A stretch of 54,421 nucleotides of DNA from Deltaproteobacteria bacterium (GTDB taxonomy: Bacteria; Myxococcota_A; Polyangia; JAAYKL01), in contig JAUVAN010000001.1 of NCBI GenBank assembly GCA_030591725.1, positions 1 through 54,421 of the forward strand, written 5' to 3'. A program made the translations under genes and the position numbers. The notes beneath the pieces are model-generated. The model was not told the origin of the DNA. It was given only the letters and a program-made list of their open reading frames with translations, and did not search any database. Below are positions 45,167 to 54,421 of this stretch, one piece after another. Position 1 is the first letter of the stretch. Each line of letters starts with the position of its first letter.

Positions 45167-47254
45167 GTGGTTTCCCTACCCTCGGGAAGGGATCAGTGGA
45201 TCCGGGTGCGGATCATGCTCCTCGTGATTGTGATGATGGCGGGAGCTGCCGCTGTCGCCCACGGGGCGTGGCAGCTCGGCGTGACCCGAGCGCAGGAACT
45301 TACCAATCTGGCCGCAGAGCAGTACACCCGCAGGATCAAGATCTCTGCCCATCGGGGCATGATCACGGACCGGCACGGGGAAGAGCTGGCGGTCGAGATC
45401 GAGGTCAAGTCCGTGTACGCGGATCCCCGGAAGATCAACAACCCGCAGATAGTCGCGGCGACTCTGGCGCCGTTGCTGGGCAAGGACGCGCAGAAGATGG
45501 AGTCCAGGCTCGGATCCGATCGTCATTTTGTCTGGCTGAAGCGTCGGGTATCGCCACCGGTTGCGCAAGCGGTCGAGAAGCTCGGTTTCCCCGGCGTTTC
45601 TCTCGTGGACGAGAGCAAGCGTTTCTATCCGAATCGAAGCCTCGGCTCCCACATAGTCGGATTCGCAGGTATTGACTCCAAAGGGCTCGAGGGGGTGGAG
45701 CTGAAGTTCGACGGGGTGCTGCAGGGCAACACGGAAGCGGCAACCGGCCTGAGTGATGCTCGTGGGAGGATGGTGTTCTCGGATAGTGTATTCGGATCTG
45801 ACGGAATCGTCGGCCGAAGTGTGGAACTCACCATCGACAGGACGTTGCAGTACATCGTGGAACAGGAACTCTTGAACGCGATACGTGTCTTCGAGGCCAA
45901 GGCCGGCCACATTATCATGATGGATCCATCCACCGGCGAGATCCTGGCCCTGGCAAACTATCCCACTTTCAATCCCAACAGACTCAACAAGTCGACGGCC
46001 GAAAATCGCCGAAACCGCGCCGTGCTCGATGTCTTCGAACCGGGATCCACCTTCAAGGTTTTCACCCTGGCAGCGGCGCTCAACGCCGGGAAGCTGCGAC
46101 CAAACCAGAAGACGTTTTGCGAGAGAGGGCGCATGGAAATATTCGACGTGGTGATCCACGATGATCATCGCGACGGCTGGCTCAATCCCACCGATTGCCT
46201 CAAGCGATCGAGCAATATCTGTTTTGCCAAGATCGCTGCGGGACTCAGCAAGAAGCGCCTGTACCACTACATTCGCAGGTTCGGGTTTGGCGAGAGGACG
46301 CATATACAGCTTCCGTTCGAGATGCGTGGGACCCTCAATCACCACAAGAAATGGTACGACATCGACACGGCCACCACCTCCTTCGGCCAGGGCATTGGCG
46401 TGACCGGGATACAGATGGTCACTGCGTTGAGCGCCATCGCCAACGGCGGGAAGCTAATGAAGCCGCTCATTGTCAGGCGGGTCATCGGTCAGAGTGGTGA
46501 GACCGAGCGAAGTTTTGCGCCCCAGGTGAGAAGGCGAGTGATCAGTCGCTACACGGCGCGGATGGTCGCCGACATGATGACGGCGGTCACGGAGGAGGGT
46601 GGCACCGGCACGCAGGCAGCCCTCAACGGCTACCTGGTGGCGGGCAAGACGGGTACGGCTCAAAAATCCGAGGGTTCGAAGGGCTACGCCAAGGACAAGT
46701 GGATTGCTTCCTTCTTCGGATTCGTGCCGGCAGACCGACCGAGGCTGGCAATATCAATAGTGATCGATGAGCCGCTCATCAACCACTACGGGGGGACAGT
46801 GGCGGGGCCGGTCTTCAAGCGAATAGCGGATCAATCTCTGCGGTACCTGGGAGTTTCGCCGCGCTTTTCGGAAAGATCCGGGGCCTCCGGGAAGAAAAAG
46901 AACGCCCGGGCGGCCAGGGAAGAGCGGGAGCGACAGGATCCCGCGAAAGAATCGCGTGATAACGAGACGGGACCGTCCAGTGTTTTTGCGGATATGCTCG
47001 AGCTCGGTCCGGGACAGGTCAGGACGCCGCACCTGGTGGGGATGAGCATGATTGATGCCATGGAAATCCTCTCGTCGCAGGGCTTGAGACCGCTGTTCAT
47101 GGGAACGGGGATCGCGGCCGAGCAAATCCCGCAGCCGGACGAGCCGGTCGACAAGGGAGAGTTCGTGCAGGTCAATTTTATGCCGCTGCGCGAACAAGGC
47201 ACATTGAGTGAGGAAGATGCCGACACTGGCACAGATAGCCAGGGCGTTCCCTGA
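45167..47254 (+). CDS. ftsI: Peptidoglycan D,D-transpeptidase FtsI (PBP3) with a C-terminal PASTA domain
   Basis: The GTG start follows GGAGGAG. Transpeptidase motifs STFK, SSN and KTGT. PASTA-like VRTPHLVGMSMIDAMEILSSQGL ... at 47018-47179. Confidence 0.9.
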   Translation: MVSLPSGRDQWIRVRIMLLVIVMMAGAAAVAHGAWQLGVTRAQELTNLAAEQYTRRIKISAHRGMITDRHGEELAVEIEVKSVYADPRKINNPQIVAATLAPLLGKDAQKMESRLGSDRHFVWLKRRVSPPVAQAVEKLGFPGVSLVDESKRFYPNRSLGSHIVGFAGIDSKGLEGVELKFDGVLQGNTEAATGLSDARGRMVFSDSVFGSDGIVGRSVELTIDRTLQYIVEQELLNAIRVFEAKAGHIIMMDPSTGEILALANYPTFNPNRLNKSTAENRRNRAVLDVFEPGSTFKVFTLAAALNAGKLRPNQKTFCERGRMEIFDVVIHDDHRDGWLNPTDCLKRSSNICFAKIAAGLSKKRLYHYIRRFGFGERTHIQLPFEMRGTLNHHKKWYDIDTATTSFGQGIGVTGIQMVTALSAIANGGKLMKPLIVRRVIGQSGETERSFAPQVRRRVISRYTARMVADMMTAVTEEGGTGTQAALNGYLVAGKTGTAQKSEGSKGYAKDKWIASFFGFVPADRPRLAISIVIDEPLINHYGGTVAGPVFKRIADQSLRYLGVSPRFSERSGASGKKKNARAAREERERQDPAKESRDNETGPSSVFADMLELGPGQVRTPHLVGMSMIDAMEILSSQGLRPLFMGTGIAAEQIPQPDEPVDKGEFVQVNFMPLREQGTLSEEDADTGTDSQGVP

Positions 47255-48749
47255 TACTCGGGTGACGGGAAACCCTGAAGTCATGGTGACAGGCGCGACC
47301 CACGATTCGCGGCAGGTGCGCCCGGGGTTTCTCTTCGCTGCCATGGCCGGTGACCTGACCGATGGTCGCAGGTTTATCGATGACGCAATGACGCGAGGGG
47401 CGGTCGCGTTGTTGGTTGGCGCCGGGGTGCCCAACAACTTGCCTCAGATTGTGACGGCTGATGTCAGGAAGGCTCTCGGTCCGATATCAGCGGCTTGCTA
47501 TTCGCATCCAACCAGGGAACTGGCCCTTGTGGGGATAACCGGAACAAACGGCAAGACGACCATCACCTATATGGTAGAGGCGATGCTGGATGAGGCCGGT
47601 TGCCGCCCGGGCGTGATGGGGACCGTGGCCCATCGCTTCAAGGGGCGGATATGGAATGACGAACACACCACACCAGAAGCGCCGGTGATCCAATCTATAG
47701 TTCGTGCGATGGTGGATGAGGGAGCCTCTCATATGCTCATGGAGGTATCGTCCCACGGCCTCGCTCTTCACAGGCTCAAGGGGTGCGCGTTCGATGTAGT
47801 GGCGTTCACGAACCTCACCCAGGACCATCTCGATTTTCACGGGGACATGGAGGAGTACGCCGCGGCCAAGTTGTTGCTCTTCACGGATGCCGTTGAGAAT
47901 AATCCGGATGCAAGAGCGGTGATCAATATCGACGATCCGTTCTCTGTTGTGATTCTTGAGAGGCTAAAGAGGCCGGCGTTGACCGTGTCCTGCGATCCGT
48001 CGAGCAATGCTGATATCAGGCCCGTGGACAAACCCGGCTACGATATCGAGGGAATCAACGCGAGGATCCATACTCCCTCCGGTATCTTCGATCTATCGTC
48101 GCCCTTGCTCGGGCCCCACAATATGAACAACATCCTCGTATCCATGGGGATTTGTATGCAGCTGCGCGTGGACATCGCAAAGGCAATGGTCGGGCTCGAG
48201 CGTTTCGATGCGGTGCCCGGGAGACTTCAGAGAGTACCTTGCAATCGGGGTTTTACGGTGCTCGTAGATTACGCGCACACACCGGACGCGCTCGTCAGCG
48301 TGCTGGAGGCCCTCAAACCCATCACAGCGGGTCGCCTGATCTGTGTTTTCGGCTGCGGCGGCGATCGCGATCATGGCAAGAGACCCTTGATGGGAGGCGC
48401 GGTCGCGCGGGGCGCCGATGTTGCTATCGTGACATCCGACAACCCGAGAACCGAGGATCCCGATAGGATAGTGGAGATGATCCTGCCGGGAGTGGACGGC
48501 GGAGGCCAGTCCAGGATTACGCAGCGTGAACTGCGCGAAGCGAGCAGCGGCTATGTGGTAGAGGTTGATCGGGGTCTTGCGATATCCATGTCCCTGCAGT
48601 GCGCTGCGGCCGGGGATACCGTGCTCATCGCGGGCAAGGGACACGAGGACTATCAGATTCTCGGCAGGAGCAAGATACACTTCGATGACAGGGAGCACGC
48701 AGCGGCAGCCATCGCTTCCCTCGAGAGGAAGGAGGGCGACCATGCCTGA
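47208..48749 (+). CDS. murE: UDP-N-acetylmuramoyl-L-alanyl-D-glutamate--2,6-diaminopimelate ligase
   Basis: GITGTNGKTT, and the DNPR motif (meso-DAP type) in TSDNPRTEDP. An alternative ATG lies at 47217. Confidence 0.9.
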   Translation: MRKMPTLAQIARAFPDTRVTGNPEVMVTGATHDSRQVRPGFLFAAMAGDLTDGRRFIDDAMTRGAVALLVGAGVPNNLPQIVTADVRKALGPISAACYSHPTRELALVGITGTNGKTTITYMVEAMLDEAGCRPGVMGTVAHRFKGRIWNDEHTTPEAPVIQSIVRAMVDEGASHMLMEVSSHGLALHRLKGCAFDVVAFTNLTQDHLDFHGDMEEYAAAKLLLFTDAVENNPDARAVINIDDPFSVVILERLKRPALTVSCDPSSNADIRPVDKPGYDIEGINARIHTPSGIFDLSSPLLGPHNMNNILVSMGICMQLRVDIAKAMVGLERFDAVPGRLQRVPCNRGFTVLVDYAHTPDALVSVLEALKPITAGRLICVFGCGGDRDHGKRPLMGGAVARGADVAIVTSDNPRTEDPDRIVEMILPGVDGGGQSRITQRELREASSGYVVEVDRGLAISMSLQCAAAGDTVLIAGKGHEDYQILGRSKIHFDDREHAAAAIASLERKEGDHA

Positions 48750-50124
48750 CCTTTCGTGGGATGTTGCGGGGATTGCGCGGATAGTGAGCGGAAAGCTCAT
48801 GGGCGAAGGGTCGGTTTTCCCTCGAGGCGTTTGCATAGATTCGAGAGAGGCGACCGCCGGATGCCTCTTCGTGGCCCTGAAGGGGGAGCGGCTGGACGGG
48901 CACGATTTTGCACAACAGGCGGCGCGGGACGGCGCCGCAGGATTGATTGCCGAGCGTGAGATCGAAGGGGTTGCGTGCTCGCAGATTATGGTGAACGACT
49001 CGCTCGAAGCCTTGCAGATCCTGGGCCATGCGGCGAGGGTGTCCTTTGGGGGCAAGGTGGCGGCGATCACAGGATCCAGCGGAAAAACAACCACCCGAAG
49101 GATCCTTGCCTCCATCCTCGGGCAACAAGGCAAGACACATCAGCCAAAGAAGAACTTCAACAACCACATCGGAGTGCCGTTGACCTTGATGGAACTGAAC
49201 GAATCCTTCGAGGCGGCCGTGTTCGAGCTCGGTTGTTCAGATTTTGGGGAGATCGAGTTGTTGACGCGACTGGTCGAACCCGACGTCGCGCTGGTCACCA
49301 ATGTGGGTCCGGCGCATCTGGAAAAACTCGGGGATCTCGACGGCGTGGCGCGTGCGAAGGGAGAGCTGTTCGCCGGGTTGCGGCGCGATGCCGTGGCAGT
49401 GGTCAACCTGGACGATCCCAGGGTTGCGAAAATGAAGACTTCGGCGAAGCGGCGGATCACTTACGGCACGGCGCAAGGAGCGCAGGTCAGACTCGAGTCG
49501 TGTGTGCAGATGGGAGCGCAGGGGCAATCGCTGGAGATGACGGTCGAGGGAGAGAGCGTATCGGCTCGTCTCCCACTTCCCGGGAAGCACAACGCGGCCA
49601 ATGTGCTCGCCGCCACGGCAGCCGCCGTTGGAATGGGTATCGATCTGGCGCACATATCGCCGGGTATCGAGTCGGTGAGTCAGTTTGCCGGACGCCTCGA
49701 ATTGAAGACAGGTCCGCGCGGATCGCTGATCATTGATGATACGTACAACGCCAACCCTGAGTCCATGAAGGCCGCTCTGGAGGTTCTCGTGGAGGTTGCG
49801 GGAGAGGGGCGCAGGTTCGCGGCGATCTCGGACATGCTCGAACTGGGGAGCGCATCACGAGAAGCCCACGAGAATCTCGGCGGGCCGGTGACGGCAGCCG
49901 GGCTGACGATGCTGGTGACCCTGGGTGAAGGAGGATCTGCGGTCGGTCGCAGTGCGATCGAGGCCGGGATGCCTCCGGATCGCCTGAAACATGCTGATGG
50001 CCACGAGGACGCGGCACGGATCTTGAGCGAAATTCTGGAGAAAGGCGACGCGTTACTGGTAAAGGGATCGAGAGGGATGCAAATGGAGCGAATTGTGACC
50101 AACCTGATGAGGGACGAATCCTAG
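48742..50124 (+). CDS. murF: UDP-N-acetylmuramoyl-tripeptide--D-alanyl-D-alanine ligase
   Basis: Start placed at the ATG at 48742 (MPDLSWDVAGIA), overlapping the murE end by 8 nt. ITGSSGKTTT and DDTYNANP. Confidence 0.9.
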   Translation: MPDLSWDVAGIARIVSGKLMGEGSVFPRGVCIDSREATAGCLFVALKGERLDGHDFAQQAARDGAAGLIAEREIEGVACSQIMVNDSLEALQILGHAARVSFGGKVAAITGSSGKTTTRRILASILGQQGKTHQPKKNFNNHIGVPLTLMELNESFEAAVFELGCSDFGEIELLTRLVEPDVALVTNVGPAHLEKLGDLDGVARAKGELFAGLRRDAVAVVNLDDPRVAKMKTSAKRRITYGTAQGAQVRLESCVQMGAQGQSLEMTVEGESVSARLPLPGKHNAANVLAATAAAVGMGIDLAHISPGIESVSQFAGRLELKTGPRGSLIIDDTYNANPESMKAALEVLVEVAGEGRRFAAISDMLELGSASREAHENLGGPVTAAGLTMLVTLGEGGSAVGRSAIEAGMPPDRLKHADGHEDAARILSEILEKGDALLVKGSRGMQMERIVTNLMRDES

Positions 50125-51252
50125 ATGTTGTACGAACTGCTTTTTCCTTTGCGTCTGGAGGTGGAGTGGCTCAGCTGGCTCAACGTGCTGCGCTACGTTC
50201 CGTTCAGGGTGATCATGAGCATGTTGACCGCCATGTTCATTTGCTTCGCAGTTTCTCCCTGGTTCATCAGGCGCATGCAGCAGCGTCATGTTGGTCAGTC
50301 GGTCCGGGGAGACGGACCCGAGACGCACTTTTCCAAGCAAGGCACGCCTACAATGGGAGGATCGCTCATCCTGTTTGCGGTGGTGATGTCGACCGTGCTC
50401 TGGTCCGATCTTCGCAACCACTTCATCTGGTTGATATTGGCGTTGACCGTGGGCTACGGGTTGATCGGGTTCATCGATGACTACCTCAAGATTCGGTACG
50501 AGAACTCCACGGGTATGCCGGGGAAATTCAAGCTCCTTTTTCAGTTTTCCCTTGCGGGCGTTATTTTTCTCTACCTGTTCATGGATTCCGGCCTTCCCTC
50601 TGAATGGCTCGAAATGCGTCACAGGTTGGCCATTCCCTTCGTTGCTTTTGGAAAGCACCCCATCGAGTTGCCGGCCTGGCTGTATGTGATTTTCGCAACA
50701 TTTGTGGTTGTAGCCATGTCCAACGCGGTGAACCTGACCGACGGACTCGACGGGCTGGCCATAGGCCCGGTCATGGTAAACACGGTTACTTACTTGATCC
50801 TGGCCTACATCGCCGGCCTCTCCTTCTTCGGGATAAATATCGCCGAGTACCTGGACATTCCGTCGGTTCCGATGGCGAGCGAGCTGACCATCTTCTGCGC
50901 GGCGGTGTTCGGCGCCGGAGTAGGGTTCCTCTGGTACAACACGTTCCCCGCCCAGGTGTTCATGGGAGACGTGGGCTCCCTGGCCCTGGGAGGCGCTATC
51001 GGGATGCTGGCGATATTGACGAAGAACGAGTTCCTGTCTGTCATTCTCGGTGGGGTATTCGTCCTCGAGGCTGTTTCGGTAGTGACCCAGGTGGCCTCTT
51101 TCAAGCTGACGGGCAAGCGCATATTCAGGATGGCGCCCATCCACCATCACTTCGAGTTGAAGGGTTGGGCCGAGCCCAAGATAATCGTGCGTTTCTGGAT
51201 CATTTCTTTGATGTTGGCGTTGGTTGCGCTGAGCTCTCTCAAGCTCAGGTAG
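50125..51252 (+). CDS. mraY: Phospho-N-acetylmuramoyl-pentapeptide transferase
   Basis: GTPTMGG, NAVNLTDGLDGLA, and HHHFEL near the C-terminus. Multi-TM protein. Confidence 0.95.
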   Translation: MLYELLFPLRLEVEWLSWLNVLRYVPFRVIMSMLTAMFICFAVSPWFIRRMQQRHVGQSVRGDGPETHFSKQGTPTMGGSLILFAVVMSTVLWSDLRNHFIWLILALTVGYGLIGFIDDYLKIRYENSTGMPGKFKLLFQFSLAGVIFLYLFMDSGLPSEWLEMRHRLAIPFVAFGKHPIELPAWLYVIFATFVVVAMSNAVNLTDGLDGLAIGPVMVNTVTYLILAYIAGLSFFGINIAEYLDIPSVPMASELTIFCAAVFGAGVGFLWYNTFPAQVFMGDVGSLALGGAIGMLAILTKNEFLSVILGGVFVLEAVSVVTQVASFKLTGKRIFRMAPIHHHFELKGWAEPKIIVRFWIISLMLALVALSSLKLR

Positions 51253-51268
51253 CCGAGGGAAGAACTGG

Positions 51269-52483
51269 ATGAACGATACAGCTACAACCACTGAAGAGAG
51301 AGGCCATATAGATCGGCCACTCTTTGTGGCCGTGATGCTGCTCGTCGCATTCGGAATAGTGATGGTCTATTCGGCGTCTGCCGTGATGGCCACGCATCAT
51401 ATGGATAACTCAACCTACTTTCTCGGAAGGCAGGTTGTGTACGCCATTATCGGTATCGTGATCATGATGATAGTTTCGAGAATTGACTATCACATCTTTC
51501 AAAATAGCGCCGTCGTCTGGGCGATTCTGGGGATCTCGTTTGCGGGGTTGCTTCTCTGCCACACGCCTCTGGGTGCGACGATAAACGGGGCGTCGCGCTG
51601 GATCAGGCTGGGTCCCATAACCGTGCAGCCCGCAGAGGCAGTGAAGGTGACGCTGATCATCTGGCTCTCCTATTCGCTCGCCAAAAAGAGCAGTCGGATC
51701 AAGTCTTTTTCCATAGGTTTCCTTCCACACCTGCTGGTGCCGGGCGTCCTGATGTTCGCGTGTATGCTCCAGCCGGATTTTGGGACGACAGTTGTCATCG
51801 CGTTGCTGACCTTCTCACTTCTGTTCATTGCCGGTGCGAAGGTGGGATACATCATGGTCGCCGGCATCGTGGCCGCCCCCATTACATATCTTCTGGCAAC
51901 CGGGTCGGAGTACCGCTTCAGAAGGTTGTTGACGTTCCTGGATCCCCTGGCGACGCGTTATGGTGATGGGTATCAGCTGACCCAATCTCTCTTCGGCTTC
52001 GGGTCCGGCGGGCTGACGGGAGTTGGAATCGGGGACGGGCTTCAGAAGTTTCTATTTCTCCCGGAGGCCCACAACGATTTCATAAGCTCGATCATTGCGG
52101 AGGAACTCGGTGTGATCGGGATCTGGATGACGATGCTGCTGTGTGCGGTCGTTGTCGGTCGAGGCATACTGATCGGTTTTCGTGCCAGAGATGAGTTCGG
52201 ATCATTCATCGCTTCGGGCTTAAGCATCCTCCTCGGGATTCAGGTTCTGGCAAATATGGGCGTGGCAATGGGGCTGCTTCCCACCAAGGGTCTCAATCTT
52301 CCATTTGTCAGCTTCGGTGGCTCCGCCCTGGTGTTCTCCCTGGCGGCCATCGGTGTGCTCCTGAGTATTTCGAGAGGGGGCCGTGTTCGCCAGTCGCAGG
52401 AAATGGAGACGTCGCAGAGTAATTGGTCGAGCAAGGGGAACGTCAGGAAGGCCGACAGGGTCGGCAGTGAAGGGGTCGTTTGA
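51269..52483 (+). CDS. ftsW: Peptidoglycan glycosyltransferase FtsW (SEDS family)
   Basis: QPAEAVK, PDFGT, EAHNDFI and LPFVSFGGSA. It starts 16 nt after mraY, with no murD between them. Confidence 0.9.
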   Translation: MNDTATTTEERGHIDRPLFVAVMLLVAFGIVMVYSASAVMATHHMDNSTYFLGRQVVYAIIGIVIMMIVSRIDYHIFQNSAVVWAILGISFAGLLLCHTPLGATINGASRWIRLGPITVQPAEAVKVTLIIWLSYSLAKKSSRIKSFSIGFLPHLLVPGVLMFACMLQPDFGTTVVIALLTFSLLFIAGAKVGYIMVAGIVAAPITYLLATGSEYRFRRLLTFLDPLATRYGDGYQLTQSLFGFGSGGLTGVGIGDGLQKFLFLPEAHNDFISSIIAEELGVIGIWMTMLLCAVVVGRGILIGFRARDEFGSFIASGLSILLGIQVLANMGVAMGLLPTKGLNLPFVSFGGSALVFSLAAIGVLLSISRGGRVRQSQEMETSQSNWSSKGNVRKADRVGSEGVV

Positions 52484-53577
52484 TGAGCGATCATTCCCTT
52501 AAAATCATTCTGGCGGGTGGCGGCACGGGTGGTCACGTGATTCCCGCCATAGCCATAGCTGACGAGGCGGCGAATCGCGGCAACAATGTGAGCTTTGTCG
52601 GGACCAGCGACAAAATAGAGGCCAGGCTCGTTCCGGGTGCGGGATACAAGATCGATTTCATCGCAGTGAGCCCGCTTGCGGGAGGGGGAGTGGGCAGAAA
52701 GATCAAGGGGCTCGCTCACGCTCCGGTATCGGTGATCAGCTCCATGAAATTACTAAAGAGATTGGCCCCCGACGCGGTGATCGGTGTGGGAGGTTACGTT
52801 GCCGGGCCGGTGGTGCTCGGCGCCAAGTTGATGGGGATCCCCACCGCCCTTCTGGAGCAGAACGCCACAGTAGGGCTCTCCAACAAGATTCTCGCAAGGC
52901 TGGTGAGACGAGCATTTGTTTCATACGAGAGCACCATGCAGGCGTTCCCAGAAAAGCGAGTGGAGTTGACCGGCAATCCGGTGAAGAGATCGATCCTCGA
53001 GGCGGCGGGCAAGCCCAGGGTGCCGGGCCGGGGAAAAGTCAGAGTGTTGGTCATGGGAGGTAGTCAGGGCGCGCTCGCAATTGACTCAATGATCCCGCAG
53101 GCAATATCCGCCGCCCGGCTTGGCGGCGAGGTACAGGTGCTGCACCAGTGTTCAAAGGGACGCGCCGACAAGGTCAAGAGCGAGTATGCGCAGGCGGGCG
53201 TGACGGTCGAAGTCGTGGACTTCATCGATGACACAGCCTCGGCGTTTTTGAACACGGATCTGGTTGTCGCACGGGCTGGCGCCACTACTGTGAGCGAGCT
53301 GACCGTGATGGGGTTGCCGGCGGTGTTTCTTCCGTACCCGCATCACGCGGATCTTCAGCAGGAAAAAAATGCGGCGCCCATGAGCGCTGCGGGCGCGGCG
53401 GTCATCTTCAGGGAGAAGGAGACGGAGCCGCAGGAGCTGGCTGATGCCATCGCTCGATTCGTCAGGGACTCAGACTACCGGCAGCGGGCGGCGAAGGCTT
53501 CCCTGGATCTGGGGCGGCCTGACGCGGCCAGGAGGGTGGTTGATGGACTGATGAAGATTGCGAGGGGGGACGCATGA
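52483..53577 (+). CDS. murG: UDP-N-acetylglucosamine--N-acetylmuramyl-(pentapeptide) pyrophosphoryl-undecaprenol GlcNAc transferase
   Basis: ILAGGGTGGHVIPAIAIA, GGSQGA, and ARAGATTVSELT. The ATG overlaps the ftsW TGA by 1 nt. A TTG lies at 52480. Confidence 0.9.
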   Translation: MSDHSLKIILAGGGTGGHVIPAIAIADEAANRGNNVSFVGTSDKIEARLVPGAGYKIDFIAVSPLAGGGVGRKIKGLAHAPVSVISSMKLLKRLAPDAVIGVGGYVAGPVVLGAKLMGIPTALLEQNATVGLSNKILARLVRRAFVSYESTMQAFPEKRVELTGNPVKRSILEAAGKPRVPGRGKVRVLVMGGSQGALAIDSMIPQAISAARLGGEVQVLHQCSKGRADKVKSEYAQAGVTVEVVDFIDDTASAFLNTDLVVARAGATTVSELTVMGLPAVFLPYPHHADLQQEKNAAPMSAAGAAVIFREKETEPQELADAIARFVRDSDYRQRAAKASLDLGRPDAARRVVDGLMKIARGDA

Positions 53578-54421
53578 AGCTGTTTCGCAAGAGCGAGCGT
53601 CCGTCAGCGCCCAATCGCAGGCGATCGGGGTCCAGCCCGGGGAACACCAAGCGAGCCGGTCGAGGCGACGACGGATCCCGAAACAAAAAAACCGATGCCT
53701 CCGAGGAGAAGAACACGGGGACGGGCAGGGGGCTGCGAATAGCCGGGACTGCGCTCCGGTTCATGGTGGCCGTTGCGGTGACCGGGTTGACCGTCTGGGG
53801 CGGGATATCCGCGTACCGCCATGCCACCACCTCCGAATACTTCGAGGTGCGGGAGATGAGCGTAGACGGGGCACAGAGGTTGTCAAAAAAGGACGTCGAG
53901 GAGGCGGGTGGCGTAGAGGAAGGGATGAATATCTTCTCCCTGGATGTTTCGAACATCGCGAGGAAACTCAAGAGTCACCCGTGGATCTGCTCGGCATCGG
54001 TAGCCAAAAAGTTACCCCGCACGTTGATCATGGAGATCGAGGAATGCAAGCCGGAGATGATCGTCCTGTTTGACGTGCCGTATCTGGTTGACGATTCGGG
54101 GGAGATTTTCAAACGATGGACGCTCGGTGATCCGGTGTCCATGGCCGTGCTGTCGGGGCTCGACCGGGAGCTCCTGTTCACTGACGAGGAGGGGACGAGA
54201 GAGGTGGTCAAGAGCGCCATCTCGCTGGCCAGGAGATACAGATCGTCCGGGCTGGAGAGGACCGCGCCCCTGTCCGAGATCCACTGGGAGGCGGACGGCG
54301 AATTTTCCATGACAGTGGGGAGGGATCCCTTCTACATTCGCTTCGGCAAGGGTCCCTATCGCGCCAAGCTAAAGAGACTGTCTACCCTTCTTTCGAGGAT
54401 GAGACGCGACGGCGAGCGGCC
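53574..54421 (+). CDS. ftsQ: Cell division protein FtsQ (5' part; runs off the window)
   Basis: Not in the ORF track because it has no stop in the window. My own translation from the ATG at 53574 (ATGA overlap with murG) gives a basic tail, TM ALRFMVAVAVTGLTVWGGI, then POTRA-like YFEVREMSVDGAQRLSKKDVEEA ... NIFSLDVSNIARKLKSHPWICSASVAKKLPRTLIMEIEE. Confidence 0.8.
   Translation, partial: MKLFRKSERPSAPNRRRSGSSPGNTKRAGRGDDGSRNKKTDASEEKNTGTGRGLRIAGTALRFMVAVAVTGLTVWGGISAYRHATTSEYFEVREMSVDGAQRLSKKDVEEAGGVEEGMNIFSLDVSNIARKLKSHPWICSASVAKKLPRTLIMEIEECKPEMIVLFDVPYLVDDSGEIFKRWTLGDPVSMAVLSGLDRELLFTDEEGTREVVKSAISLARRYRSSGLERTAPLSEIHWEADGEFSMTVGRDPFYIRFGKGPYRAKLKRLSTLLSRMRRDGER

Overview
This is a 54.4-kb GC-rich chromosomal segment, roughly 60% GC by eye. 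The gene content looks like Myxococcota or a related delta-type lineage: an AgmX/PglI-type tail protein, giant TPR proteins, an extra Hsp70 paralogue, and poly-Asp lipoproteins. I call 39 CDSs, the last one truncated by the window end. I see no rRNA, tRNA, CRISPR array or transposase.

Gene order:
- (-) phosphodiesterase and S41 protease.
- (+) an 1819-aa TPR giant coupled to prmA-rsmE.
- A 530-bp AT-rich spacer.
- (+) an operon of three giant scaffold proteins (891, 1509 and 1513 aa), then nadD and a DUF2520 gene.
- A convergent (-) block: poly(Ser/Thr-Asp) Cys-rich lipoprotein, PLC-like protein, DUF4911-like protein.
- (+) ybgF-like, LysM, dprA, topA, trmFO.
- A small accessory islet: ParE-type TA pair plus a poly(Thr-Asp) LRR lipoprotein.
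- (+) xerC-hslV-hslU.
- (+) J-domain/TPR protein, Hsp70 paralogue, 284-aa protein, secreted HExxH protein.
- (-) AgmX/TonB-C-like protein.
- (+) dcw cluster mraZ-rsmH-ftsL-ftsI-murE-murF-mraY-ftsW-murG-ftsQ, which lacks murD, murC, murB and ddl.

Best candidates for an undescribed system:
1. The translationally coupled operon of three giant non-enzymatic proteins at 10539-22270. Its parts are a degenerate MshEN + GAF-like + HEAT protein and two about 1510-aa helical-repeat proteins that share a private C-terminal domain.
2. The dedicated Hsp70 operon at 37253-42451, in which the J-protein and the downstream 284-aa protein share a short about 48-aa module.

All functional calls rest on motif recognition by eye. 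No homology search was run, and several start codons are ambiguous.
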